This document shows positions 25,553 to 36,555 of a DNA stretch of 64,000 nucleotides, piece by piece. Every line of letters starts with the position of its first letter. Within the stretch, counting starts at the first letter, position 1. A model generated the notes under the pieces. That model searched no databases and had not been told where the DNA came from. It saw nothing but the letters and a program-made list of their open reading frames with translations. This stretch comes from Daphnia carinata (taxonomy: Eukaryota), in NCBI RefSeq assembly GCF_022539665.2, contig NC_081333.1, forward strand, positions 4,588,001 to 4,652,000, given 5' to 3'. Position numbers and translations under genes: made by a program.

Positions 25553-25739
25553 AAATGTGTGCCTCATCCTCAAATATTTGGGCTACAAACAGTTGCAGCT
25601 GTGAATCTCTTTATCCATCATTCCGTTCCACAATGTCACCTCCGTCCATTGCTTAAATTTAAATCGTTGAGTGAGCTGTAATGTTTCTCTTTTTTTTTAA
25701 TGTAAAGTAGTTTTACCAGAAACTTGTTTGGGGTCTTAC

Positions 25740-25854
25740 CTGGAACTCTGGTAGAGCGGCAGAGGTCAAGGATGTACTCCATGGTCGTTAATTCGATGTT
25801 TCCGTCCATAATGAGCAAACGACAGTTGGCTATGTCCTCCTCGTACTGCCTCAC
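25740..25854 (-). pseudogene. Captured single exon resembling a PfkB-family (pseudouridine kinase-like) gene
   Basis: AG/GT-bounded exon VRQYEEDIANCRLLIMDGNIELTTMEYILDLCRSTRVP. The hydrophobic strand-D-G-N-helix pattern resembles YeiC-like kinases. No flanking exons recognised. Confidence 0.55.
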
Positions 25855-26787
25855 CTTTTTTTTTATTACAAGTTGACGAAAATAGATTGGATCTTTTAAA
25901 TAATTCTGTTTGTGTGCCGTCACTTTCATTCAGAGTTGTGTGTTCCCTACACACTACAACAAAAAAAGGTATGTACGGTTCTAGAGTTAAATGCAACTAC
26001 TTAGTAAAAATTTATTAAAAATATTTTTATTTTCAATATATTCAAAAAAATTTGTTGAAGATCTTCTTGTCTGCTCGAGGGATGTTGTTAGGACATCATT
26101 TTTGCACATCCATCGGACATCCAACCAGACTAGCCGAAGGACATCCGTGGGCCAGCCCATAGAAGACACGGACATTCGGCCATGGATCGGACATCCGACG
26201 GCTGAGATGTGCTATGTGGGTTGTTACCCTTTTAAAACGCAGATTGGATCATCGGCAAAGTGGGATCCAACAGTTCAGGGGCAGGTATTGACGGATTCCG
26301 ACGACCACCTACCCTAGTAGAACAATATATCTTATTCCTTTCTTATCGATATCTAAATTTCTTTAAAAAAATCATTTTCAGATATGTTTGCGGTGTGTTT
26401 GCATTGACGAAATGTCATGGCTATGAGATATCTGAGGAAAACATTTTTTAAATATTTTGTTCCGACAGGTTATGTACACCACTAATTGTGTAACCTATAT
26501 ATATACAATTATAGAGCGAAATGAAATATTGATAAACAACTAAAAAACATAACCTTTATTTCGTTTCTTTTTACAAAATGGTACAACGGACAAACAAAAT
26601 TACTCTTCCATTGCGTTGCATAACTTAAAGAAAATTACTTTCTACACATTTATTGATTTGTGATTTATTTCTTGTTAGTAAAACAGCATCAGTTTTAAGG
26701 ACACGTTGAATTCAATAGAACCGATAAAATAATTTGTTACTTATAGACAAAAGCAAAAAAGAATGAAATCAAATAACAAATTACGTC

Positions 26788-29700
26788 TTAATTGGAATCC
26801 GATTCTTCTTGGACTTGAGCTTTCAACTGTTCAGAAAGAAAATGCGCCTTGGTATTGCGTAGATGTAGTTTGGTTTCCTGAACGAAGAATTCGTATTCCA
26901 TTTCATGGAACGATTTGTTCGAACGGATTCCATCTGAAATTTCAAATATGAAAATTACCATGCTGAAATTATAATGATTTGTAGTAGAAACAGAATATAC
27001 TTACCTAAGACTGCCTTGGTGATAATATAGGAACGGATTCCTCTTTTGCCTAGACCATTGTTAACTCTTTTGTCCCATCTTCCTAGCCAATTCACTTCTT
27101 TCAACAGAGAATCGGCGAAAACGGTGGACCATCATCTGCGAACGTAGTCAGCAGCACTGTTTTTCGAATTTCTCTTACCAACCAGACGAATACGGGTTAC
27201 CTAAATAATAATTTTATAAAATTTTAATCTCTTTAAACGTATTTCAGGTTGGTAAACTTACGAGCTTTTTCAATAAGCTAGGGTCCTTCTTAAAAATGAT
27301 TTCAAACGCATCTAGTTGTTGCAAATTCTTCGGAGGAAGGGAGTGGAAGTCGTCCTGCATTTCACTGCAGTCTTCGTCAGAAACTGGCTTGATAGACTTT
27401 TCTATAATTGACAATTTTTCGTTAATTTTTGCCAAAGCCGCGGTAAACTGTTCCTTCCTGGGAGCAACTTTTCCTATAAAAATTGTAAAAATAAAAATTG
27501 AATTACTAAATTTAAATGTATTTGAGCCATTGCTTAAAAGGTTACCAAAATCTTGGCTTCCGAAATCACGCGATGCATTTGATGGACTTGAAGGATTCAT
27601 TTGGTAACGAGAATCGAGGTGCTGAGAATTATCTTTCCAATAAGTTAGCATTCCGCCGCTGTAGTAGCCCCCATTATAATTTGAAAATGGTTCCACCGTT
27701 TCTAAAATTTGTAAGGAGAAGTATGGCATGAATGAGTGTTGAAAGTTACAAAACATAATAAAAAACAAGAAAAGATTTATTCAAAGCTTACCGAGCTGCT
27801 TGTTTCCATGCGAATCATCTTCCTTAGATGCGGTTATGCGGCAGATAGTGTTTACTAAAATACGCGTAGATATGTTACATATGTTTTAAGATATGAAATT
27901 GGTGAACAAAACTGGCTAGATAAATAAACTGATCAAGCTTACCAGGCTGAAAAGCTGACTGACTTAGAAAATCCACGCTGTACGGTCCTTCTTTAGAAGT
28001 GAACGGGGCATTATTATTATCATCAGGAACTGAAAATATAACAAAATACTTTACACATTTGCATTCGTAAAAAACTATGAATGATAAATTACCATGCTGC
28101 AAAGTTGAATGAGTTGGAAGACACACATTGTTGAACGACAACCCTTCTCTGCAAGCAGGGTTGGATTACCGCGTTAAAAAAAATACCGCGATAGTACCGC
28201 GGTAATGCGGTATTACCGCTACCGTTACCGCTAGTAAAAAATATCAAAAATCGGTAACGGTACTTTTACGCCATCTAGCGCTGCGACTATAAATTTTTTC
28301 CTGTTTTTAGCAGACTGCATTTCAAGTAAATATTTCAAAACGTTTTTTGGAAATAGGAATTATTTCCAAAGTTGTTCACAGGGTTTGAGGGACCTCGATC
28401 AAGCAAATACGTCTAAATTTCGGACAAATGCTACTATGTACTACCCTTAAATGACAAATACTACCCTTAACAAGTTGCATTCTCACTTCTGCAGGTTTAT
28501 CTAGGCTAGTACTAGGAATGTTTTATGGCTGCTATTGCAGCAGTGTTTAAAATTTTGAAGTAATGCAGCCATCCATAGAATATTGTAAAAAATGTTGCTA
28601 TTATTTGTGTGTGCTTCAAGTTATTAAAGAAAGATAGAGGTTATGATAGTCTAGTTTATTTTAGCCTTTAGTTTAATGAATTTTTTTCTATTCAAAATTG
28701 GTTATTTTGAATTTCCTACTAATGACAATTACATATCCGAAGTTGATTGAAGTATGGATATTGTCTCTGAACCATCTCTTGACATATCCATCAACATTGG
28801 TGAGGCGAAAACTAGTTCTACACAATCAAAAACAAAAGGGAAGAAAGGTGAGAAAATGAAACATGAAACAAACTTGAAACCAACCAAATTAATTCACATT
28901 ATAAATCCAAGTTCAATTTTAGATGGCGAAAAACGTATCATTCACTATCCTGAAACGCTTATCAAATAAGTTGGACCAGGCAAGAGAAAGGGAACTTCGT
29001 ATGATGAATGCCTTATTGGACAGTGCAAAGTAAAGCCAAAGGCACTATCAGCAGTAGACAATTTAAGAGGCAACATCACAAAACACCTTTCAATTAAACA
29101 TAACAAAGAAAATTTTGAAAATTTTCAATTTTCTATGGAAAGAAACTGACATTACCCGTGAAACGAATTTCAAAGTGAAACGAAGTAGTTCTTTCCTGAA
29201 AACACAAGGAACTGCAGCAACATTAAAAGAAACTCAAACAAAACTATCGTAAAGTGGCAACCTACGAAGTTTAGATCTTTATTACATTACGAGACCGAAA
29301 TTTAGATTTTTCTTGTGCATGCTATGCACTCGTCTTGGAGTCAAAATAAAACGATACTGTGAGAAGTACGATAAGTGTTTCCTTCGAAAAAAAAAGATAA
29401 GGCTCTAAGGAAACCCCAATGAAGCAAAATGGCTCTGCAATATTGCTGACTATTTTTAGGGGCCAACAGTTCGTTATAATAAAATCACATCAATACAGAA
29501 GTGATTTTCATGAAGTCTGATCGTATTATGCAAAAAAAAAAATTTACCGCTACCGTTACCGTGCGTTACTTGGATAAGTAGTACCGCGGTAGTACCGCTA
29601 CCGCTTTACTTTTGAAAAAAAATTGAAGTAAAGCTACCGCGGTAGCGGTACTATTTAAAAGTACCGCTTCCAACACTGTCTGCAAGTGTGGGTGGCAGTT

Positions 29701-30542
29701 TTGTTATGATGAACTGAAAATATCTAATACGGTTAAAGATTGTGTCAAAATAATAAAAAATAACTTGTGAGTTACCAGGCTGCAAAGTTGAATGAGTTGA
29801 AAGATACTCATTACTGAATGGCGAGCCTTCTCTGCAAGTGGAGGTGGCTGTATTATTACCAGGAACTGTAAATATTATACGGTTAGAGATTGGTGAAAGT
29901 AGTATGGAATAAATTTTAACTTGCCAGGTTGAAGGAATTTTCTTTTGACTGTTAGTAGTCTTTTTTGTTAAACGAAGACCTACTAGTGGCTTTGGGAGAG
30001 AACCTGCAGTGGGTTTGGACAGCGTGCTTTTAGGAGAAGATGTCTTAGATGGTTTGGCCTTCACTGCTGTTTCCCTAGAACGTTGAGTGGAAATCTCTTC
30101 CTCACTGTCAATTTCTGTTGTTTCTCCAGGCATATTAAGCCTCTTCCTTTTCTTCTCTCGCTGTCCTCTTCCTGTGTTGTGACAATTCAAGATAGGAAGA
30201 CCAGCTTCCACCCGCGGAAGATTACTCCTTGCTTCCTCATATGAGCCTATGCAGAAATTGAACCAAAATAGCCATCATAATAAAACAATTACCGCAAAAA
30301 GCATAAAATAAGAGTTTAAAATGTTTACCAAATTTTTCCACGATTTTGAAACAGGGGTTACTGTCCCATTTTTCCACATCAGGAGGCATTCTACACTTCA
30401 AGGGATTGGCTTTGTACGCAACAGCGTACGTATCGTCGGGTAATTAGAGGATGTCGTTATCGATCCAATTTTCAGCTACAACAAGTAGCCAGTTACCTTT
30501 TTCACGCGACGTTTAAGGTATATCGACAATCCAGTACGACAT
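26788..30542 (-). pseudogene. Multi-exon DUF4806-like accessory gene of element B with in-frame stops and a hAT insertion
   Basis: N-term MSYWIVDIP*..VVAENWID..PPDVEKW..|SYEEAR..TGRGQREKKRK; C-term LPPKNLQQLDAFE..KKL|VTRIRLVG..VRR*WSTVFADSLLKEVNWLG..|DGIR..LHLRN. GT-AG introns throughout. Confidence 0.7.
28156..29678 (+). mobile_element. Non-autonomous hAT element nested in element B
   Basis: Ends CAGGGTTGG / CCAACACTG, perfect 8-bp TSD TCTGCAAG (28148-28155, 29679-29686), dense TACCGC/GCGGTA subterminal repeats, and a BED-finger-like remnant CLIGQC...NITKHLSIKH at ~29009-29101. Confidence 0.92.
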
Positions 30543-33500
30543 AATGTCAACAAATTCTGCACGGTAATAGCAACAAACGTGAAACAGGCGTTTGAAAAAT
30601 GGCGAAGTAAACTTACATCGGTCGCCATGCGTTACAGTTGCCATTTACAAAATACTTTACTATTATCTTTGAAAATTGTGTATAAACATATATAAAATCA
30701 TTTTAAAGTAATTTTTAAAGTAAAAAAACATTTTTAATATAATAATTTCTTTTGTTGGAAATTCGCAATGTGTATGTTAAAAATACGTGAATTAAAAACA
30801 CCGTTTGACATCCCTGTTAAAGTAATCAATCGATTTAGTTAGTTTTCCAAACATCGCTAGCAAACAATAAGTGGATGGGTTTCAGTTTTTATTCTTGTTG
30901 TTGAGTTCAGTGTTTTCTTGTTCGTGGCATACATTATCATCTGCACAAAGCCAATAAACTTTTAAGGAACCTGTTTCACGAACTGTAAGGTAATTTACCA
31001 CCAAAATGATTTCATCATACTACTTTGCTTCTTTGTGATTTGCGGTACGTAATTTTACTTTTTTCCCTGTTTATAGCTGGTGCTTTCATATTTACATTGC
31101 GCTCCGTGGCCAAATACTTTATTTAATTCTTCCAACCAATTTCAAGAGTATTATCCGCTTCAGCCATTACGGTACTATAATCATCCAATTTTCAGTGTCA
31201 TATTACTTGTTTTGGTGGGTTTTCGTTGATAGATAAGCATTACGTTTTTCCTAGACTTTCGTCGTCAGTTTCTATGAATAAGCGAAAGGTTAAAGATTTC
31301 GTTGGTCCTAGACAATGAGCCCGTGGAATTCGTAGAATGGTTGATGAACAACTAAATGGAAATGGAAATGACTGCGTCACTCGTGACAACGAGGAAATGG
31401 GTAATTTACTCGAAGAAAGACCAATCAACTACATGGGAGTAGGGGATGTTGGTATTATTGTTGGTGATAGTTCGCCGAATCACGTTGAAAGCATTGACGA
31501 TTCATCAGTTGGGACAGGTAGTGATGTTGAAGGAAGTCATTACGGTCCTACTGAAGATAAAGAATACTTTGCCGATAACTTAACTTTATACTTTAACCAT
31601 GAACGACAAAAATTACACAGTATTTCAATTGCAATAATTTTAATTCCAAAAAATAGTTCAGCCTGTGAATAAAATAATTTAAAGCCATCTATTTACTCAT
31701 TTGTATTTTACATATATGGTGCGAGAAGGTTAAGTACGCCTCGCTGCCACGCACGCCAATTGCAATCTTTCATTTTGGGAACATACTTTTTAACTGTTGC
31801 TTATAGTGTTACACGAATTGTTGTTGCCAAAAATATTATAATAAAATATATGCCGAAAATAGTTTATGGAGGGGAAAATGTGGGAAAGATGTTTTTCACA
31901 AGACAGCCTGTAGACATCTGGTGGACATCAGTAAACTACACTAATATTTGACATATCGTTCTATAGGCTTACAGTTGTTTTAGATAACTAAATACAGTAA
32001 TTAGACAAGTTGGTATCTATTAGACATCAAAAAGATATCACGTTCTACTAGGGTAACTCAGATGAAGTGAAAAGGTCTGAGGCCAAAGGGTTGCCAACCC
32101 TCCCTCCTAAACTACCTTTTTTTCTGCTGTAAAAGAGCTGTAGAATACAAGGTCGACACAGTTCAGGTCTCTCTCTCTTATTCTTATACAATCAAAATTG
32201 ATCGTCGATAGCGCTTCGCGCTCTCGATCAATTTACAATTAGGACGACGGCAGCTAGCACACACACAGACAGCAGCAGTTAATAGTTATGGATAGACTTG
32301 ACGGTAATTATTGTTTAATTATGATTTATCGTGGTGTTATAATTCATTTAAATAAGAGCTCAGTGATATAATTAATTTGTAGAAATGATTTTTGTTGAAG
32401 AAGTTGTGCCTCAAGAGAAGTTTAATGAGCAAGTTGGTGAAAACTTAAGCTTTTAAAGTAAGAATTCAAAACAAGTGTATGATTTTACAAGCAATTATTT
32501 AATTTTTAGTCATTCAATCCACTGGGATTGTCATCGGCTTCGAACTTGCAGAAATCAAACTCATAATCAATTGTTTTACAGTGGGCTCGACAAACTTACT
32601 CAGTGTTCCAGGGAAACTGGTGCACATTTCATTGAACTAAGTACAAAAAACTAATCTTTATACTTAAATTCCTTAGCTTTTATTTACTTCTCCATCTTTA
32701 AATATTATTCTCCAGCTACTGAACTGACTGCCAATGGAATCGAATGACCTTAAACCGTCTACACGCCTGTAGCAATAACAATAAAATGGATGGCTTAGAG
32801 GCAGAGAAAAACTTGGGGTCCTTGTCAATGCAACGTCGAACAAGCGGATTACATAGATGAAGTTTTCGGTTTGCAATTAAAAGCATTGTAGAAGTAAAAG
32901 ACCTGAAAAAAAAACAAACATTGGGAGTACCTCCTGTCAGAAAACCTGACGCCCGACTCCCAGTCGACGAGTTAAGCCAGGACCGGGAAAGAGAATGCAA
33001 GCCCGGAGGACGAGGGGATAGAAAACCTAGGCGGAGAAAACCAGCCAAGTGCCGCGACGTAAGTATCCGCACCGTTGGACGAACTAGAGAGTAAGCGTGC
33101 CCGGAGGAAGAGGGCAACACACCGCTTATTAAACCCAGGGAATCCGGTATATGATATCCAAATATGTTGACGTGTTCTACATCTATATAGGAGCGGTCTC
33201 TAACGAGAAGGGTCAGAACCTCACACCAAAAACTAACGGAAGAAAAGAAGATAGTAGCCGCCAAGAAAACCCTTTCAACATCGGGGAAGGGGAATTGAAG
33301 TATAGTAGGAGGGGGTCATCCCGCAGTTACAAGAAAGAAGAATAAGCGGTGACATCTAGGCCAACGTTGAAATTAATGTTTGAGTCGAATAAATTATCTG
33401 TCAACGGTGGGTTTTGTAGGGGTATAAAGAGGGCCGAATAGGCCTATTGAATACACTCACATTTTTGCACCGATCGAGTCTGGTAATTATTTCTTACTTG

Positions 33501-33816
33501 CTTCCTTGTTGTTGTGTTGTTTGCTGCTGCCTGCCTATTGCCGCTGTCTACCTGCCGTTTCGCCGTTCGCCGCTGGTCGTTGCCTCGTGCCGTTTGCTGC
33601 CTGCCGACCCGCCGATTCGCCGTCTCGCGCCGCCGCCACCTGTCTTCGCTGCACCTCCATCCATCACCCTCACGAGTAAGTACTTAATAATATTTTTTCT
33701 CTAAACTTATTTCAATTATTCTAGGCGCGGTCCATCCTGAGCTGCCGAGTGTCCAGACCGGATCCGCCCGCCTGCCACGATAGTCCCCCCCTAGAAGGGA
33801 GTACTATCCATTATAC

Positions 33817-34016
33817 GCCCGTGATTCTTAGTCGAGTCACGGTCATCAAAATATACGGTAGCCCCCATAAGGGCTAGGCCTTCAAAATTTGCATTCCACC
33901 TTCATTTATCTGAGTCGGCAGTCTCCGACGGTGGAAGTAATTTCCACATTTGCCCGTGATTCTTAGTCGAGTCACGGTCATCAAAATATACGCTAGCCCC
34001 CATAAGGGCTAGGCCT
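33817..34016. repeat. 65-bp direct repeat pair with a 70-bp spacer, hairpin-rich
   Basis: 33817-33881 and 33952-34016 are identical except for one base. Confidence 0.9.
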
Positions 34017-34094
34017 GTGCTTCGAAAAAATGTGAAAATATATGTAAAAGGCCGAAAAATGTAATTTAAATATAACTTGGAAGTATTTACATTG

Positions 34095-34677
34095 GGGGAG
34101 AGTGGGGTATGTTGGAACACTTTTTGGATTTGGACCATAACTCCCTCACAGTATACTCAATTTTATTTTTGATTGTGGTTAGGTATTTTCTGCTTCTCCC
34201 AACTCCATGTTTTTTCTCTTATTTTTAGGAGAAATCATTTACCTGCTACAGATATTTAAAGTTTTGAAAAATTTGTGGAAGGGGGCTCTGGTATTGAGTG
34301 AGTTGGGACGCCAGGGTGGATGATGTGGGATAGCCCAAGTAAATAATTATAAAATATATATATGAAATTTTACGAAATTAACAGGATCCTATTAAATAAA
34401 TTCTATATTTTAGAAACGTTTTTATTTTGATTCAGATTTAAATGAAGCATTTTCCTTATAACATAAGTAATTCCTTGAAAACAATAAATGAAGGGGCCGA
34501 GATGGTCGAAGAAAATGCCGTTATTTTTGTTTTTTAAATAACTTCTGTATTTTGTTACATAATAGTTAAAAATTTTTACCCTATCGCGTAAACATATATC
34601 TTGTAATTTATTGAAATTTATAATCCCCCCCGCACTATCCCACTTTACCCACTGTCCCGGTTCACCCCACATTCCCC
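34095..34677. mobile_element. Degenerate MITE-like element with G-rich imperfect TIRs
   Basis: GGGGAGAGTGGGGTATGTTGGAACA versus the reverse complement of the right end GGGGAATGTGGGGTGAACCGGGACA, followed by TA on the right. A similar motif lies internally near 34305-34332. Confidence 0.4.
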
Positions 34678-36037
34678 TATTACCTTTAATTACAACTTGT
34701 TTACAAAACTTGATGCAGTTCGTGCAAATTCTCTTTTCCAGATGGAAGAAACACAAGGGGATATTCAAATGTATATTCGCGAGCAGTTGCACCATTCACA
34801 AAGGGTGATCGAAAAGATTTCTCCCCTACAAATTATGAAGATAAGTAAGGTAAACACGCATAATTTTTTTACTTGAATCTATTTTTAAAATGTTAATTTT
34901 GGAAAGGCTTGTTATGGCATTTTGAAGAATGCTGCCTACACTATTCTGCTTATTAAAAAAAATAAAGTCATATACAAAGTGGCGAATAAAGCGATGATCT
35001 GAAAACGTTTTGTTTTGCTTATTTTTATTTTTTATTAAAGGTTTCAATTCATACGTAATATTTCGAAGCAGAAAAACAGGATGGATACAAATTGATATGG
35101 GAGGGTTGCAGGTAGTCTTTGGGAAGCCGGAGATACGCTGGTATGAGGCAATCGAAAAATATATTTGAATCAAAACATAATATACGATATACGAAATTGG
35201 TGAAAAAATCGGGCTTATATTTTCGGGCTTATTTTCAAACCCAACAATTTGACGAAAAAGATACATTACATGAGGTGTATTAAAGAATACACGTAATATT
35301 CAAAATTTAACACTAATTTTTGGAAAATTGTTTGTTTTCTCGTTAAACCCGCTGTTTCTTTAATATATTGAACTTTCCGATAGGATGCTGTCTAGACGGG
35401 ATGATATAGTACACCAACGATCCCATTTTTTGCGATATTTCTCTAAATGGATGGCGTTAGTTATAAGAGGGATTTAACACAGGTTTCGATGGCCTTCAGA
35501 AGTGTTTATGTTTTGTCGGTTGTCGTGCAGAGCTCTCGAACTGGTGTTGTTGTGTAGCTGCCATAACAGTTGAGTGCAACGTCACATTTGCCGACTAGTA
35601 ACTGTCTTGATTAGGGAGGGCGCAGCTGTAAAGCCCAAATTTAAGTTTGTCCAGTGTTCTTGGTCGTCTGTAGATGGAGTTATACGTGAAAACATGTCCA
35701 TGTAACTTACCTATGGAAAACAAATAAAATGGACAGTAAAAGAGAACAATTTTGTGCAAATCATGGGTTTTATCACGCGTTTTATAAAATCCGTATAAAG
35801 AATTTTGATCAGTGATGTTAGTCTGTTGATCGGCCGGCTGTTGGAAGCCGTTGAGTGTAATCGGGGCATACGGTTGTCGTGATTCAATAGCAACCATGGC
35901 CGATGGCTATCGGGAACATCCCGAACGTAATAAGGCCCTCTAGTATACATGGTGTGACATTCTAATTTAATATAATATCATAACTAATAATAAGAACGAA
36001 TGACACAGCCTTTAGAAAACCAATTCGTTGCCAGGCG

Positions 36038-36555
36038 TAGCGCTCGGCCCCGATTGTCTTTGATCGGGGCAAACCGCGGTTTTTCATTTTTAAAATCGTC
36101 GGTTTAGCCATTTTTGACTGCGCTTTGGTTTTCGGCTTGCAACTGGGCGTAACCGGTTTGAACCGCCATTAAAATTTTTTTACAATTTTACTGAAATTCC
36201 AAATAAACTAATTATCACTAATTCTTGCGAGCGTAGAGGCGGTCAACAACTTGTTATAAAACAAATTTTTTATCAGACTTACCGCGATCGAAAATTGGTC
36301 GATCTTTCCGCCATCTAGCGACAAATTCTGTTACTGATTTATTGTCCTACGCAAACCGTAAATCAGCGGTGCAAACCGTTAAACCGCGGTGCAAACCGTG
36401 TAAAACCGCGGGTACAAACTACGGGTACCAACCGGCAAACTGCGGTACGATCTGTTTAAAAAAAACGGCAAACCGAACCGCATCGGTTTATCCTTTAAAA
36501 AAAAACCACGCGGGTCGGCCAAAATCGTGCCCGATCGTCGCGGGGCCGAACCCTA
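36038..36555. mobile_element. hAT-type MITE
   Basis: 15-bp TIR TAGCGCTCGGCCCCG versus TAGGGTTCGGCCCCG, perfect 8-bp TSD GCCAGGCG (36030-36037, 36556-36563), and AACCG/CGGTT subterminal repeats. Confidence 0.9.

Larger units (their letters stand above)
23151..26220. mobile_element. Non-autonomous CACTA/CMC(EnSpm)-like DNA transposon A carrying captured host gene fragments
   Basis: 13-bp TIR CCCACATAGCACA/TGTGCTATGTGGG, 2-bp TSD TT on both sides, GGACATCC/GGATGTCC subterminal repeats at both ends, and a DUF4806-like remnant inside. Confidence 0.88.
26312..32053. mobile_element. Internally deleted CACTA/CMC(EnSpm)-like DNA transposon B
   Basis: 12-bp TIR CCCTAGTAGAAC/GTTCTACTAGGG, 2-bp TSD TA on both sides, GATATCT/AGACATC-type subterminal motifs, a DUF4806-like pseudogene on minus and a short divergent ORF stub at ~31273-31600. 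Confidence 0.88.
18799..32240 (+). mobile_element. DIRS1-type tyrosine-recombinase retrotransposon (~4.6 kb after removing two nested insertions)
   Basis: Left extension 18799-18820 plus left ITR 18821-18924; right ITR 32069-32169 (inverted copy, 3-nt indel in an A run) plus right extension 32170-32240. ICR 22982-23095 is complementary to both outer ends. Both ends terminate in AATT. Gag-RT-RH-MT and YR ORFs lie inside. Confidence 0.95.

Noticed and set aside
33817..34016. CRISPR-like repeat-spacer-repeat or hammerhead ribozyme
   Set aside because: Only two 65-bp repeats in a eukaryotic context with no cas genes; no CUGANGA/GAAA core with proper stems.
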